Translations under genes and position numbers: made by a program
DNA from: Negaprion brevirostris
Taxonomy: Eukaryota
NCBI GenBank assembly: GCA_030324005.1
Contig: JARDVH010000110.1
Span: 18,042,867-18,106,866 of the forward strand
Direction of reading: 5' to 3'
DNA: 64,000 bases
The notes under the pieces: model-generated
Databases searched by the model: none
The model's input: the letters and a program-made list of their open reading frames with translations, nothing else
What the model was told of the DNA's origin: nothing
Part shown: piece by piece, positions 1 to 12,466 of the stretch
Layout of the letters: every line of letters begins with the position of its first letter
Numbering within the stretch: position 1 is the stretch's first letter

Positions 1-196
1 CTCCCGGGTGCTGTGGTTTCCTCCCACAGTCCAACGATGTGCGGGTTAGGTGGATTGGCCATGCTAAATTGCACCTTAGTGTCAAGGGGATTAGCTAGGA
101 TAAATGCATGGAGATAGGGCCTGGGTGGGATTATGTTCGGTGCAGACTCGATGGGTCAAATGGCTTCCTTCTGCACTGTAGGGATTCTATGATTCT
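1..196 (+). mobile_element. HE1 V-SINE, 3' part
   Basis: V-domain GGTTTCCTCCCACAGTCCAA...GGTTAGGTGGATTGGCCATGCTAAATTG, followed by the CR1-like tail GCAGACTCGATGGG..AATGGC...GATTCTATGATTCT. Confidence 0.85.
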
Positions 197-669
197 GTTA
201 CCTTTGTGTACAAAAGGCCCCTGTGAAGCTTGTGAATTGGTCCAGCCAGTAGCTGAACCTACAGTGACAGGAATGGTCCAAAGTTCCAACTCTGATCTCT
301 TGGTGTTCAAGTTGATCTCAGTCAGCGCCACAGGTGTCCAGAATTGGGAAGGAGAGAGGGGCAATTGGTCACTTACCTGTTCCTCACAGCTACACTTCAC
401 CCATGGAACAACTGGAAGCTTCATCTCAGTGACTGAGCACAACGGCCAATTATTCCACTTCAGAAAGAATTTGCATTTACCATGCTGCTTCTGGTTCTTT
501 GTTATCTTTTGTTGTCATTAAGAAGCAAACTTTAAGCTTGGAAAAAGCAGAACTCTTTATTTTGAACCTGCCTTGTACACCAAGAGAATTGGTTTGAATT
601 GGTTTTGTGAGAGCACCTGAAGTATTCTGCACAGTTTTGGTCCTCTTACTTGAGGAAAGATGAAGTGGC

Positions 670-1150
670 ATTCGAGGCAGTTTGGAGGAGGTTCACTAGG
701 TTGACTCCAGGGATGAGGGATTTGTCGTATGAAGAGAGATTGAAAAGTTTAGGCCTATACTCGCTGGAATTTAGAAGAATAAGGGCAGATCAAATTGAGG
801 AACATAAGCTGATAAAAGGTACAGATTAAGTAGACTTGGAGTGGATACTTCCTCTTGTGGAGCATTTTAGAATGAGAGGTCATAGTCTTAGGATAAGTGG
901 TAGTAAATTTAAAACAGAATTGAGGAGAGACTAACCTCTACCAAAGAGTTGTGAATCTGTGGAATTTGCTACCCCAAAGTGCATGCTGGGACAGTGATCA
1001 AATTAAAAGAGGAGTTAGACAGATATTTAATTGGTAATGGATTGAAGGGTTATTAGGGAGATAACAGGAAAATGGCAATGAAGAGCATATTAGTTATGAT
1101 CGAATGGCGGAGCTGACTCATGGCCTAACTCTGCTCCTTTATCTTATGAA
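670..1150 (+). mobile_element. CR1/HER1 LINE 3' fragment
   Basis: Decayed ORF2 C-terminus (RRFTRL..G....YEERL..LGLYSLEFRR..G) and a CTGCTCCT..ATCTTATG tail. Confidence 0.85.
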
Positions 1151-2971
1151 CCTCTCATCAACACTTACACATAATAATTGGTTTCTGGCTAATTAGCTCC
1201 TACTCTTTACAGATCATACAACAATATGCAAGGATATACCTTCACAATGTCAGGATTTCACACAATTTTGAACAGATCTGATGGTTCTGATGCTGGGGAA
1301 CAATGATTAGCTTAGCTCCCGATTCTGGGATTGACGACTAATGTCGTTTAATACTTAGTTGCACTGAGCAGAGGTGTCTGAGTTCTGACTGGTTTTAGCA
1401 ACTGCTGGCTTGGGAGATGGAAGAACTACTAAGGCCTGAACTCACGTTCGATGTCCAACAACTCTGGAATGTGGGTATTGGTGAACTTCAGGAAAAAGTA
1501 GATGAGAGCTAGTAATGGTGGCTCACACTGTCGAACAGAAGCCACCCTCACCACCCCAACCCCCAGCGCAAGATTCACTATCCAGGCTCATTTTGGAAGA
1601 CTGGCTACTGGACTGGAGGACTGCAGTCACCATGTGGATGTGTCCTGTAAGGACCTTAATGTCAGTATGGTTGGAGAGGAAACTGAAGTGAAATAGACCA
1701 ACTGGGAAGTGCAGAAGTTTGTCGATATGAGAACATTTGGATCGTCAAAACCAATCAAAACTCAAGACAATGCACAATCATTAATAAAGCCTCAATAAGC
1801 CAACCAGCATGTTTTCAGGGGCAATAAATGGAGGAAGGGGCAATAAATGGAGGCTTGCTGGCTTCACTGACACCTCAAGAGCCAGGGCACACAGGTCAAA
1901 GAGACATTGGTTAAGTTGTTTAACAGTTATTAAATCTTTGATCTTTCAATGCTTGGAACTAATTTCAATACAAATCAAGTTTATACTCATGGTTCACCCG
2001 TGGCATTTCATACGAATAGTCTGGAATTAGGGTTAGGAGCAGGGCTGTGATGTCTAGGTGCCAAATTGCCTGTCCCTTTCAGGTTCAAGCGCTCTCTATG
2101 GGAATGCAAGAGACGGATGCTAATTGTGAGTTTCAGACTGTAAGCCGCAGAAACTGAGCGTGAAATTTCCTTTTTTTAAGGCTGCATTATATCGAGAATA
2201 GAAGAGTGGCAGTTGATGTATTTGAAATGTGACGAATATGAATTAAATGTGAGATTTTTGTATATGAAATAATAGAATCATAAACAAGGAAACTGTATTC
2301 CCTGAAATACCTCATAATCGTCAAAAGTGAAAGTAGCCATTTATGCAGCATTGCCACCACTATCCACATTGAAATGAGAGTTTACCCTCCAGAAATGGCT
2401 GTACTTTCTGAGGCTGGTTTACTCAATGTGTGGAAGTCCAAGGTTGTCTCTTAAATTCATCGAAACTACCCTGTTTACAACTCGAGCACACACTCTGCAT
2501 CATTGAGTGGCTGGGATGATTTATTGCCAGTTGGTGTTGGAAAACATTGAACACATTCCTGGGAGCTGGCAACGTTTCAGCTTCAAAGTATTCAAAACTA
2601 AGTCAAGGCAGTGATTACCATACACTGCATGCTTCAGATACTTCAAGAGCGGTGGCAGCACGGCCTCACTGAGCTGTGAGAGGAGACTCAGTAGTTTGGT
2701 GTAGTACACAGTTAGTGCTTTAAACAGACTGATGGACATCCAGATCTATGATTTGGGTGGATCAGAGTCAACCTGACAAAACAGACCATTTGGCCAAGTA
2801 ACCAATCATAAATAAAAAGTGCACCATAAAATATATCACATAAAACACAAACAAGTCTGCACAGGCAGTGATATATGACAGCAAACCATTCAGAGTACAA
2901 GGTCCCAGTGCCACACACCTCTAAACTGTGCGTGCATCTCTGCCTCTGTTCGTACCAGTGTGGTTTGTATC

Positions 2972-3122
2972 GGGTGGCACAGTGGTTAGCACTGCTGCCC
3001 CACAGCACCAGGGACCCAGGTTCGATTCCCAGCTTGGGTCACTATATGTGTGGAGTCTGCATGTTGTTGCTGGAGTGTGGGACTAGGGGATTTTTGTAAG
3101 CCTACTTGTGACACTAATAAAA
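2972..3122 (+). mobile_element. HE1-like SINE, internally deleted, alternative tail
   Basis: tRNA-like head GGTGGCACAGTGGTTAGCACTGCTG...GGTTCGATTCC; tail ACTAGGGGATTTT..GTAAGCCTACTTGTGACACTAATAAAA. Confidence 0.75.
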
Positions 3123-3134
3123 AAAACTTTCATA

Positions 3135-3325
3135 TTTCCACACCCACACTGTTTTTCCTTTTGGTGATTAGTGGGGAAAGTGATGGGAAGATTCCCGAGT
3201 TGATTATCAGCCCATTGAATAGCGTTATGAGTGTTCTTTCTGTGACCAATGAGTCCTGGCATTGGACTTGAACCCAGAGCATCTGGCTCAGAGTTAGGGA
3301 TGCTACGCACTGCGCCACAGGACCT
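3135..3325 (-). mobile_element. Old tRNA-derived SINE (Deu/SacSINE1-like)
   Basis: Reverse tRNA-like head (TGTGGCGCAGTGCGTAGCATCCCTAACTCTGAGCCAGA...GGGTTCAAGTCC). Confidence 0.5.
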
Positions 3326-3631
3326 CTTGGTGTATTAACGTGACACTCGCTGATGGCTTTGAAATCATTGCTGTTTCCCTTACAGTTATTGTATTAGACC
3401 CTGCACATGCTGGATATATCCTTCATGCTCCAAAGATGTCGATCTTAAGTTGTGTGGTCCACAGTTTAACAATGAGCATATTTTACACTGAGTTTGCATG
3501 TGATTCCCACATTTCCTGTTAGTTCAAACATGGAAATGTTGTATGCAAGACCAGTTACAAAGATTACCAGACCTAACCATTTGAAAATATGTTATATTGC
3601 TCTCTGTTTTATTCCTTTTTGTCTATACCAT

Positions 3632-3826
3632 CTCTCAGTGTCCTTTGCGTGTCTACGTGGATTTTCTCTGGATGCTCTGGTTTCCTCCCACAGTCCAAGT
3701 ATGTGAAGGTTAGGTGGACTGGCCATGATCAATGCGCAAGGGGAGTGGGCTGATTTAGAGTGCTCTTTTGGAAGGTCGGTGCAGATTCCATGGGCTGAAT
3801 AGCTTCCTTCTGCACTGTAGAAATTA
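3632..3826 (+). mobile_element. HE1 V-SINE, 5'-truncated
   Basis: V-domain plus GCAGATTCCATGGGCTGAATAGCTTCCTTCTGCACTGTAG tail. Confidence 0.8.
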
Positions 3827-3989
3827 TACAGACCTTCCAATTTTCTTCCTATAATCTTTTATAGACTGCGGTCTGATTTCAAAGTTGGCAGGGGTGGCTC
3901 TCAGTGACTCATTATCTTCACTTGCCTCTTGGGCAGTTACCATCCCACACCCATAGCTGGATCGCAAACTAACAGTCAACACCAGGAAC

Positions 3990-4212
3990 CTATTAATGAT
4001 TTTGGTGTTCCTAGCCAAGGCAGCAGCTGGGCTGGATTAATAAAAGCAGAAAATTGTCAGAAACACTCAGCAGGTCTGGCAGTATCTGTGGAGAGAGAAA
4101 CAGGAAAAATGTTTTAGGTCAATGTCTTTACGATTTCTCATTTCAGATTCGGCAGTATTATGCTTCTGGTTTTAGTTGATGCAAATGATCTCCACAGAGT
4201 AAGAGAAAATTG
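3990..4212. repeat. Arm 1 of a diverged inverted duplication, containing a Penelope-type short element
   Basis: Reverse-complement similarity to 5848-6077; the ORF track shows FGVPSQG(S/N)SWAGLIK.EN...VERET in both arms. Confidence 0.8.
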
Positions 4213-4984
4213 GTCCACTCTCCAACTTGTGAATGCTGAGGCAGATGGGCCATCCTGCTTTCTATAGCTAACTCATCGAAGGCCATTTGGTCCACTGTGC
4301 CACAGCAGCTCTTTGCAAGAACCTCACTTTCTTGGTCTTTCCCTGCAGATTTTTTCTTTCCCCTAAGAAAGTACTTCCCAATTTCCTTTTGAAAGTAACA
4401 GTTGAATTTGGATCTACAATTTTTTCAACACTCCAGACTGCAATCATCCACTGGGCCATCATGGCACTTCATGTTTTTCTCAGAGAAGATGAGGTGACTT
4501 GGTAATAAGAAATTTTAGATGTACGTGGTATGTTTATTTGGGGGTTACAGCTAGTGAGAGGTCGATGAAATCAGTTTATTATTCCTCTGCGCAGTGAATA
4601 CTTTCCCTACCATGTGGCATCCAGCCCAGGACTTGCCAAAGCTTGCTGAAGGAGTAAACCAAACGAAGGAAATCAAGTCTGGAATGAACGCAGCTCATTT
4701 GGCCTATTGAGCTTACTCCTCCCAAACTAGGCAGACCACTTAACTCACTCACACCAGGCATCTGAACCCCAACACATGACTGCAGCTTTAAGATCGCTTC
4801 TATAGATTTATTATTGGGTGGTTGACATCGGACTCATTTAGGAAAGAATTAGATATGGGAAAAGGAAGATGGTATGATCAGGATTTGGGAAGGAGAGCAT
4901 GATTGGGTTTAAAATTTTATGGTATGTTTTTTCCAAGTCGGTTTTGTGATCATAGGTTGTCACTTCACTCGAATCTGGGTCCAC

Positions 4985-5215
4985 TATGGCCTTGCTCCCT
5001 ACCTATCTCTGTAAGCTGCACCAGGCCCTACAATCTTCACTTCCAACCTCGTCAGTGTTCCTGATCTTAATTGTCCCACCATTGGCAACCCTGCCTTTAG
5101 CTGCCTGGGCCCCATTTCTGATTGTCACCCTCCCCCACCCCCAGTTCTTACTTCTCTATCCTTTCTGATTTTCCTTAAAACCTTCGACCAAGCTTTTTTG
5201 TCACCTGTGCTAATT
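4985..5215 (+). mobile_element. L2-type LINE 3' end
   Basis: CCTACCTATCTCTGTAA...CCACCATTGGC..GCCTTTAGCTGCCTGGGCCC...CCTTAAAACC..GACCAAGCTTTT; same family as ~29080-29330 and 54020-54530. Confidence 0.6.
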
Positions 5216-5847
5216 AGGTTGCTCAATGTCAATTTTGATATGTTGTAGGCAAAAATATGTTATTTTTTCTTTGAAGAAGTTGTAATGCATTCTCACTGTT
5301 TCTATGTCATTGATGTGGAGTTATAGTAATGATGAAGGCACTATGTGGCATCAACGCATTCAGTTAATGACCAATCTCACTGCATGTTGAGTGAATCACC
5401 ATCGTGGGAAGTAGCAGAGCATCCCACTGGAAGAATTAAACCACACGTTTCATCTTGCTGTAACAGTGATCACGTTCCAACTCTTCACTCTCCCAGAGCA
5501 AAACTAGCTCATTCCATGTACTAGCAAGCCCACATCAGCTGCTGGAATCTCACGAAGCAATAGTGGTAGGTGAATATGATTTTCTTTATAAACCTTCATC
5601 TTCTCTATCATTTATAGTCTGAGCCGCAGCTCGTACATGAAATGAGCTTGTAATTTTTCTGGTCAAGAATCAACACCATAGGTGGAGGCTGTCAATTTCC
5701 TTATTGCAGTTACAGAAGGCCATGGTNNNNNNNNNNNNNGAAATAGGCCATCAGCCTATTGGGATTGCTCTGCCTTTCAACGAGACCATGACTGATCACG
5801 CTCAATAGGACAGGTAGTGGTAAATTCAAGTGTAGAAAGATCATGGA

Positions 5848-6077
5848 ATAATTTTCTCTAACTCTATGGAGACCATTTCTATCAGCCAAAACCAGAAACA
5901 AAATTTTGCAGAGGCCAAACCTGAAAATAGAAACAGTATAAACATACTGACCTGAAACATTTCTTCTGTTTCTCTCTCCACAGATGCTGCCAGACCCACT
6001 GATAGTTTGACATTTTCTGTTTTTATTAACCCAGCCCAGCTGTTGCCTTGGCTAGGAACACCAAAATTGGTAATAGC
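5848..6077. repeat. Arm 2 of the inverted duplication
   Basis: Reverse-complement match to 3990-4212, including sequence on both sides of the CTCTCTCCACAGATGCTGCCAGACC core. Confidence 0.8.
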
Positions 6078-6099
6078 TTTGTATTCATATAATTCATAT

Positions 6100-6450
6100 T
6101 TCACTCCCTCAGGCTGACCCCAAAGTGCTTTGCTATCAACAAAGTGCTTTTAAGGTGTAGCCCATTTGAGCACACCAAGATCCCAAACACAACAATGGGA
6201 TAATGACCAGACTGTATGTTGTTAGGTGTTGGCTATGATAGCTAGAGAAAATTGTGTTGCTTTTGAACAATAGCCGTAGGATCCCACAGAAGAACAGACA
6301 TTATGTGGGTTTAACATCCCATCTGACATCTTAGTGCAGCGCTCCCTCAGCACCACACTGGCATGTCAACATATATAGTGTTAACCGAATGGAACTTGAA
6401 CCTATGATCTGACTCGAGAGAGAGGAGAGTGCTATTAAACTGAGCCACCG
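6100..6450 (-). mobile_element. DeuSINE (SacSINE1/AmnSINE-like)
   Basis: Reverse tRNA head (CGGTGGCTCAGTTTAATAGCACTCTC...GGTTCAAGTTCC), body and tail CCCAAAGTGCTTT...AAGTGCTTTT. Confidence 0.6.
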
Positions 6451-7754
6451 TTGAGAGCCACACTATCGGCTTCATTTCCTCAGCAAGCAGAAAGCAAAAT
6501 AGTGCCATCATCAACAGCAACAAAAGTTAAAAACTCATCAGAGATCTTGATGGAAAAACTGAAGCACTCGAACTGCTGGGTGTTTGTTCGCGAAGTCGCC
6601 ACTGTAGCAAAGAAAATGGAAAAAAGTACAGGCCAAAACAGATTTAAATGCCTTTTTCCTGTGGTGTTGCTGTAGAATACTGTAAAACATATTGTGCCCA
6701 TGGGAGAATACTACCTCCATGGCCAGCTGTAATAATATCAGTCCAATTCTATCTTCAATGCAATGGGAGCGATTAGTTGCAACATCTGTGGTGCAAAGGG
6801 ACAAGCAGAGACACTCATCATGATATGAAGAACTAATTTAATCACGGAATCTGGTAAAACTGAATGGATAACGACATAACCTCAGGACGTATAATTACCT
6901 TTCAAAAATCCCTGCAAATCTGAAATAACTGGGAATTCCAAAGGAGGGACCCAGATAACTGGGCTTTCTCTTCAAGAGGCTAGCAGGAAATGCACAGAAC
7001 GCCAGGATTTTAACACAAAGGTGGGGTCACATTGAAGTCAAATGACTTGCTGTGGAGGACAATAGTGCTCTGGTCTGTAGTGCAGGATTTGATTTATTAT
7101 TCGGATACTGCGAGAAATATTGTTTCTTGCGCACTATACAGACAAAGCATATTGTTNNNNNNNNNNNNNNNNNNNNNNNNNNNNNNNNNNNNNNNNNNNN
7201 NNNNNNNNNNNNNNNNNNNNNNNNNNNNNNNNNNNNNNNNNNNNNNNNNNNNNNNNNNNNNNNNNNNNNNNNNNTGGGGGTTAGATTGGCCCAGCTCCCT
7301 TGGAGAGCAATCCAGATCTTTCAGCTTTCCTCCACACTATGCCAACAAAATTGCACTGTGGTGGAAGAAAGCACTGCAGTGCACAGCCAGTTAGCATTCT
7401 GGAAGGGAAGACTTTGACCATTGTGCCCCTGTAAAGCACATCAGCACCACAGAGTATCTGTAGGCTACTGTGATTAAGACAAACTAGAATCAATCCCGGT
7501 ATGACTGGTTGATACTGAAGAGGGGGCTGCACCATTATCTTGAAAAATTAAATTCTCTTTGGAATGACGCAGGCCAGACCCTGCCTCTCAGCTTATTTCA
7601 GCCGGGTAGTAATGCAGGGAAAACTCCAATTCACCTCATCAATTATGGGCTAGAGGGGAAGAAAATAGTCCGGTGATCCAGCTGCCAACCATTATCCAGC
7701 AATCGTAGGAGAAGGTGAACACACAAATCCAGCTTAGGATCCAGTCAAATACCT

Positions 7755-8060
7755 TGGACTGAGTTACAGGCTGGAATCTATTCCAAACAATCCAGATGGT
7801 TTATATATAGATGAAAACCTGAGAGTGAGTTACAGACTGGAATCTAATCAAGGGGTTCCTACATTTCAACAATGACTATACTTCCAAAAGTACTTCACTA
7901 GCTGTAAAATATTTCAGGACATCCTGAGGTCATGAAAAGCACTATGTAAATTTAAACATGTTATATGGTTTTAGAATGGTTTATGCGGAGGATAATGTAG
8001 AACCAGCAGTGAGTTACAGACTGTAATCTGGTTGAGGGGTTCAGCTGGCTTTACACATGA
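7755..8060 (+). repeat. Three degenerate copies of a GAGTGAGTTACAGACTGGAATCTAATC..GGGGTTC unit, interrupted by a Deu-SINE tail (~7857-7955)
   Basis: The unit is visible at ~7760, ~7823 and ~8008. Confidence 0.65.
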
Positions 8061-8373
8061 GTAAAACTCCAGCTGTTTGCCTGAACATGTGGCATCAAGG
8101 GACAAGTAGCATAATGGATAGCAAGTTGACTGCTAAACACGATACGCACAGTAGAGGGGTGAGGTTAAAGGTAGTTACTCAGAGCAGCAAACGGTGGGAT
8201 GTGGCGTTACACAAAGATCGAGTGCTAGAACGACTGCTGTTCACAACGTACATAAATAAGTGATTTGGACTCTGCTTTTGGTATGTATGCTTCCAAAATT
8301 TGCAGGTGATACCGAATTTGGGGATGTACTAAATGCAGAGGACTAAGGCAGGATGAGGTAAGACAGAGCTTTT

Positions 8374-8822
8374 GGGGGGACACAGTGGTTAGCACTGCTG
8401 CCTCACAGCGCCAGGGACCTAGGTTCAATTCCAGCCTCAGGTCACTGCCTGTGTGGAGTTTGTATGTTCTCCCTGTTTCTGTGTGGGTTTCCTCNNNNNN
8501 NNNNNNNNNNNNNNNNNNNNNNNNNNNNNNNNNNNNNNNNNNNNNNNNNNNNNNNNNNNNNNNNNNNNNNNNNNNNNNNNNNNNNNNNNNNNNNCAATTC
8601 CAGCCTCAGGTCACTGCCTGTGTGGAGCTTGTATGTTCTCCCTGTTTCTGTGTGGGTTTCCTCCCACCGTCCATAGATGTAGTTAGGTTGATTGGCCACA
8701 CTAAATTGACCCTAGTGTTAGGAGGATTAGCAGGGTGAATACATGGGTTTATAGGAATAGGACCTGGTCAGTGCAGACTCGATGGGCTGAATGGCCTCCT
8801 TCTGCACTGTTGGGATTTGATG
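8374..8822 (+). mobile_element. HE1 V-SINE spanning an N gap
   Basis: tRNA head, V-domain and CR1-like tail; the flanks of the gap are duplicated. Confidence 0.8.
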
Positions 8823-8824
8823 AA

Positions 8825-9510
8825 CTTGCAGCATGTGTAATTGGCAAATGCATTGTTAAGTACATGGCCATACATCTTGGTAGGNNNNNNNNNNCAGCCA
8901 CATACTCCTTAGAAATTAAGTATCTCATTGGGAAAGAAGCTCAAAATACAAGTGCGCATAACAAAGTGGCAATAAATGTTAATAAGATCATAAAAATGCA
9001 AACATGCCGCAGGGGGCCCATTTCTAAAGGGACAGAAGCAAAAAGCAGATAAGTTATCTCAATTGTATTAAACCATATTTAGGAAACTGAATAATTCTAC
9101 TCTCCAAATTATGAAAAGGTTACAGAACACTGGAGAAGGTACAAAAAAATCAAATTCATGAGAATGATACCAGAATAGAGATTACACCTATTGGGAAACA
9201 TTCAACAGGCTGGGGATCTTTTCTCTCCAAAAAAGACATAACAGGTCAGGATTATGGAAGTGTTTTGATAGAGAAGATGGTTTCAGTTTCAGATGAGACC
9301 AGAACTAGGCATCATAAGTAAATGAATCCAACAGGAAATGCAGGAGAAACTTCTTTCACCCAGAGAGAACGCAAAGCTCACTAACAGAGTAAATGGGGAA
9401 AATAGCATACATTCATGGGAAATCTGGACTTGCACACGGAATGAAGAGGAGGATATATTGAGATTAGGTGAAGGGTGGTTCATGTGAAGTATAAAGACCT
9501 GTTGGTGTGC
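8825..9510 (+). mobile_element. Old CR1 LINE 3' fragment
   Basis: Decayed 'LEKVQ..F.RMIP', 'RLGIFS' and 'TRTR.H' segments; probably continues the RT piece at ~8080-8360 that was split by the HE1 copy. Confidence 0.6.
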
Positions 9511-11019
9511 TAGAAATACATTTCAATTGGCAGCAGTGCCCAAATGGAGGCATCAGTCTCGAGATCACTCCAACCTCACTCTTGGATTTACAAGATGTGC
9601 TATGCTCAGCTATTCCACCATCCTTCACCCATTCCAGGAGGACCAAGTTCAAAACCAAATCAATAGCTGCAACTCTCAGAAATACAACACTCCCAGTGCA
9701 GGGGCAGCAATGTAACACATCCCTGAATTGACAGAGTTCTCTCACCAGAACCTGCAATTGAAGTGTGACAAGTCATGTCTCAAAAGAGAACTATTTGTAG
9801 GCAAATTTAAAAATAATAATCAATAAAACATTACACTGGGAAGTTAATGATGTTATTGTTCTACCTTGCATAGTCAGTACAGCAGAGCAGACCGTTATTT
9901 ATTAATGAAAGTTATCCACAACGAGAGACTAATGACCTGAAGCAATAAGCCGTAGACGTAATGATTAATATTCAACATCTGATGGAGAATAAGAGGCAGA
10001 TTGTGCCTTTTGTTGGATGGTTACATTAATTGACTTTTTTTTGCTCACTTTTGCCCCAGTGTTGTGGTAATGAAGTTGGGGTGAGACGATCAGGTCAAGA
10101 GTTCAGCTCCAGTAGCCATCAGGCAGAACAAATGAATAACTTTGGAGGGAGGGAGCCTCTCCCCTGCCATGCAGTCAGGTCAGGTCTCCACCCTTCCTTG
10201 AAACATTTCTGGTAACACAAAGAACAGTGGCCTGAGACAGTTGATTAGCTCACCCACACTCAGCTCCAAGCTTGTGTGACAGACCACTCATGCAGCAGAC
10301 AGCGCACATCCGCAGTTGTGAGTCAGCAGCCCTGTGACAGAGGAAATCTCAGTCCAATCAAGAAGGCACGAGTGGAACCAAGGATATTCAAAGTCAACAT
10401 TCAGGCTATTAAATTTGCTGGAAAACAGACCGATTACAGTAAAGTGGCTTCAGCCAAAAATCCTGTTTTCCCCCAGACTGACAATATCGATTTTCTTTTT
10501 TTGTTTCGTTTCTATTGGGTGCAGTGGTCACATTTGACCTGAGCACCATTAAAATCTTCTGGCTCCTTCATGATGACCCCAGCACACTGGAAACTTGATT
10601 CAAAAGGATGAACCTCAGAGGATCAGTAAACATGAGCAGAAAACCCTCTGGAAAAGGTTTTACTGTTTAATTGCTGTAGCGAAACCTCCTTATTAACAGT
10701 TGTACCGAGTGAGACATGGCAGGTCCCACAGGGACACCTGGGCTATTTGTAGAAACACTGAAAAGGGGTCAAGGCAGGCCAGACAAATCATGCAGCAAGT
10801 TGAGAGGGGAGCAGCAGATGCTCTGTTGCTGATGTTGTGGCTCATCTCACCACTCCCACTACTGGAACTGAGGCCAACTGCATTGTTGCTGCAGATGCCT
10901 GGCCAACCCAACACAGTATGAGGACCAAACATGGTCAGAATTCTCAGCTGCTTAGCTACTGTGCTGCAGGATAAGTTCAATCCACTAAAGTCAAATTTAA
11001 AACACGGGTACGCAAACTA

Positions 11020-12202
11020 TTCAAAAAAGAGAGTTTCTCTTTTATTTATAAGGCAATGAATAAAGAGAGCAGGTGGTCGTTATATTATCACAATCTTTGA
11101 TTAAATTTATTAGAAACACTAGGAACTCTTCAAGAGGACCAAGGAAATCGGCAGGAAGTTGCGAATCTTTGATCTTGGTTCAGGAATTTGGTGCAGGGGT
11201 TAAAATACAACAAAAATATAGAGTCTCTTCAAGTACAGTCTACACAAGGTAACAAAAACAGATACCGTCTCACACAATCACTATACACCCTCCAGACCAT
11301 CAGTAAACTCAATTGGCAGCTCTCCTCCACCTTGCTTCTCCCTCATTTCTCCATACCCCTTCCACCCACCCAGTCCTACGGTGAGCTGAGATCTGGCCTG
11401 CTGCACATAGGACGATTGTTTCACTTCGGCAGGTTTCCTTCAGTCAAGTACATCAAATAAAACCTCAGCGCCTGCATTGTGCAGCTGGGGAGCCCTGAAG
11501 CCTTTCAAAAGTCAGCACGTGGCCAAATTTATTCAGATATAGCGTCTGCTTTTTAATTTTGCTTTCTTTACTCCTCCAGCCCCTCAGAAGGGGAGAGGGG
11601 GGTGTAGAAAGGGGAAAGAGAGCAGAAAGGAGAGAAAGAGAAACCAACTAACCTATTAATAATTATAGCTTCATTGAATTGTATATAATGTGAAGTTGGA
11701 GACAGAGGTCTCGATTTCAGGGTCCCTGGAAACTGCAATATTGTCTGTGGAGATCAAGGGCCCTTTACTTCTGCTCATCGGTTCCTCTTTGACTCACTTA
11801 TTTCTGAAGGCACCATTTGGTTATCACCCCCAACTGGTTCCAGGAAGACGCCTTATGGCATTTACTGCTGATGCACGATACGCACATGGGCTTTAGCAAG
11901 TGATGGAGTGTAGTGAAGTCTAAACAGTTCATCATTTGACAAGCAGGAGGGGGAAAAGGAGGAAAAAGGAACACAGCCTGTCCACCAAGACTTAAACTCT
12001 TCACTCTCCCAAACTAGGTAAGGGAGCCCACAGCCCACATGACCCCCACAAAATTGTGCAACTGGGAAAGTAGTGTAAAGACGGAATCTGGGAGGGAGAA
12101 CAGTTTACGTGTCCCTTGTACTTGGTGCACTTGGGATGCATTTTAAGGCGTAATCCGATGGGGCTTAAAAAATTGTCCTGATTTTTGCTGAACTGAGTTT
12201 GC
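11020..12202 (-). other. FAM53C: Putative 3' UTR of the FAM53C-like gene
   Basis: Unique sequence with no recognised TE, running from the stop codon to the AATAAA hexamers. Confidence 0.55.
11041..11046 (-). terminator. Polyadenylation signal AATAAA
   Basis: TTTATT on the plus strand; on the minus strand it is followed by a U/GU-rich tract (TCTCTTTTTTGAATAGTTTGCGTACCCGTGTTTT). A second hexamer lies at 11106-11111. Confidence 0.55.
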
Positions 12203-12466
12203 TCAGTTTTCCTCAATCATTTCCAAATCCAGATCATCGCAGGTACGTTGGAAAGGGATGGCTTCTGTACTGTCACAATAATTCTTGGGATCCTCCTCTT
12301 CGTCACTTTCACTCAGCGTTTCAATCCGGCTGCTTCTTGCTGGGCAGCTGTGTGATGAGTCTGGTTTGAAGGCTGCGGTGTCTGGGATGAGGATGGGAGA
12401 CTGCTGGTCCTTTGGGGCTTTCCCCCTCTCCAGCTCCAGGCAAGCAGGACTGCTCAGGTTTCTCCT
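12203..12466 (-). CDS. FAM53C: FAM53C-like terminal coding exon
   Basis: Acceptor TTTCTGTTTTTATTTGGTTGCAG|AGG is in phase 0, matching the upstream donor. The exon encodes RRNLSSPACL...TLSESDEEED...DDLDLEMIEEN*, resembling the FAM53C C-terminus (VLSESEEEE...DLDLNLIEEN). Confidence 0.9.
   Translation of the reverse strand, partial: RRNLSSPACLELERGKAPKDQQSPILIPDTAAFKPDSSHSCPARSSRIETLSESDEEEDPKNYCDSTEAIPFQRTCDDLDLEMIEEN

Noticed and set aside
1817-1853. 19 bp tandem duplication containing AATAAA twice
   Set aside because: An ordinary slippage duplication, with no plus-strand gene to serve.
2972-3030. tRNA-like A/B boxes, also in other SINE heads
   Set aside because: They continue into SINE body, so they are not tRNA genes.
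7755-8060. Spaced repeats superficially like a CRISPR array
   Set aside because: Eukaryotic context, degenerate units, irregular spacing and no cas genes.
8426-8662. ~68 bp direct repeat around an N gap in HE1
   Set aside because: Near-identical sequence on both sides of a 100-N gap is typical of unmerged contig overlap.
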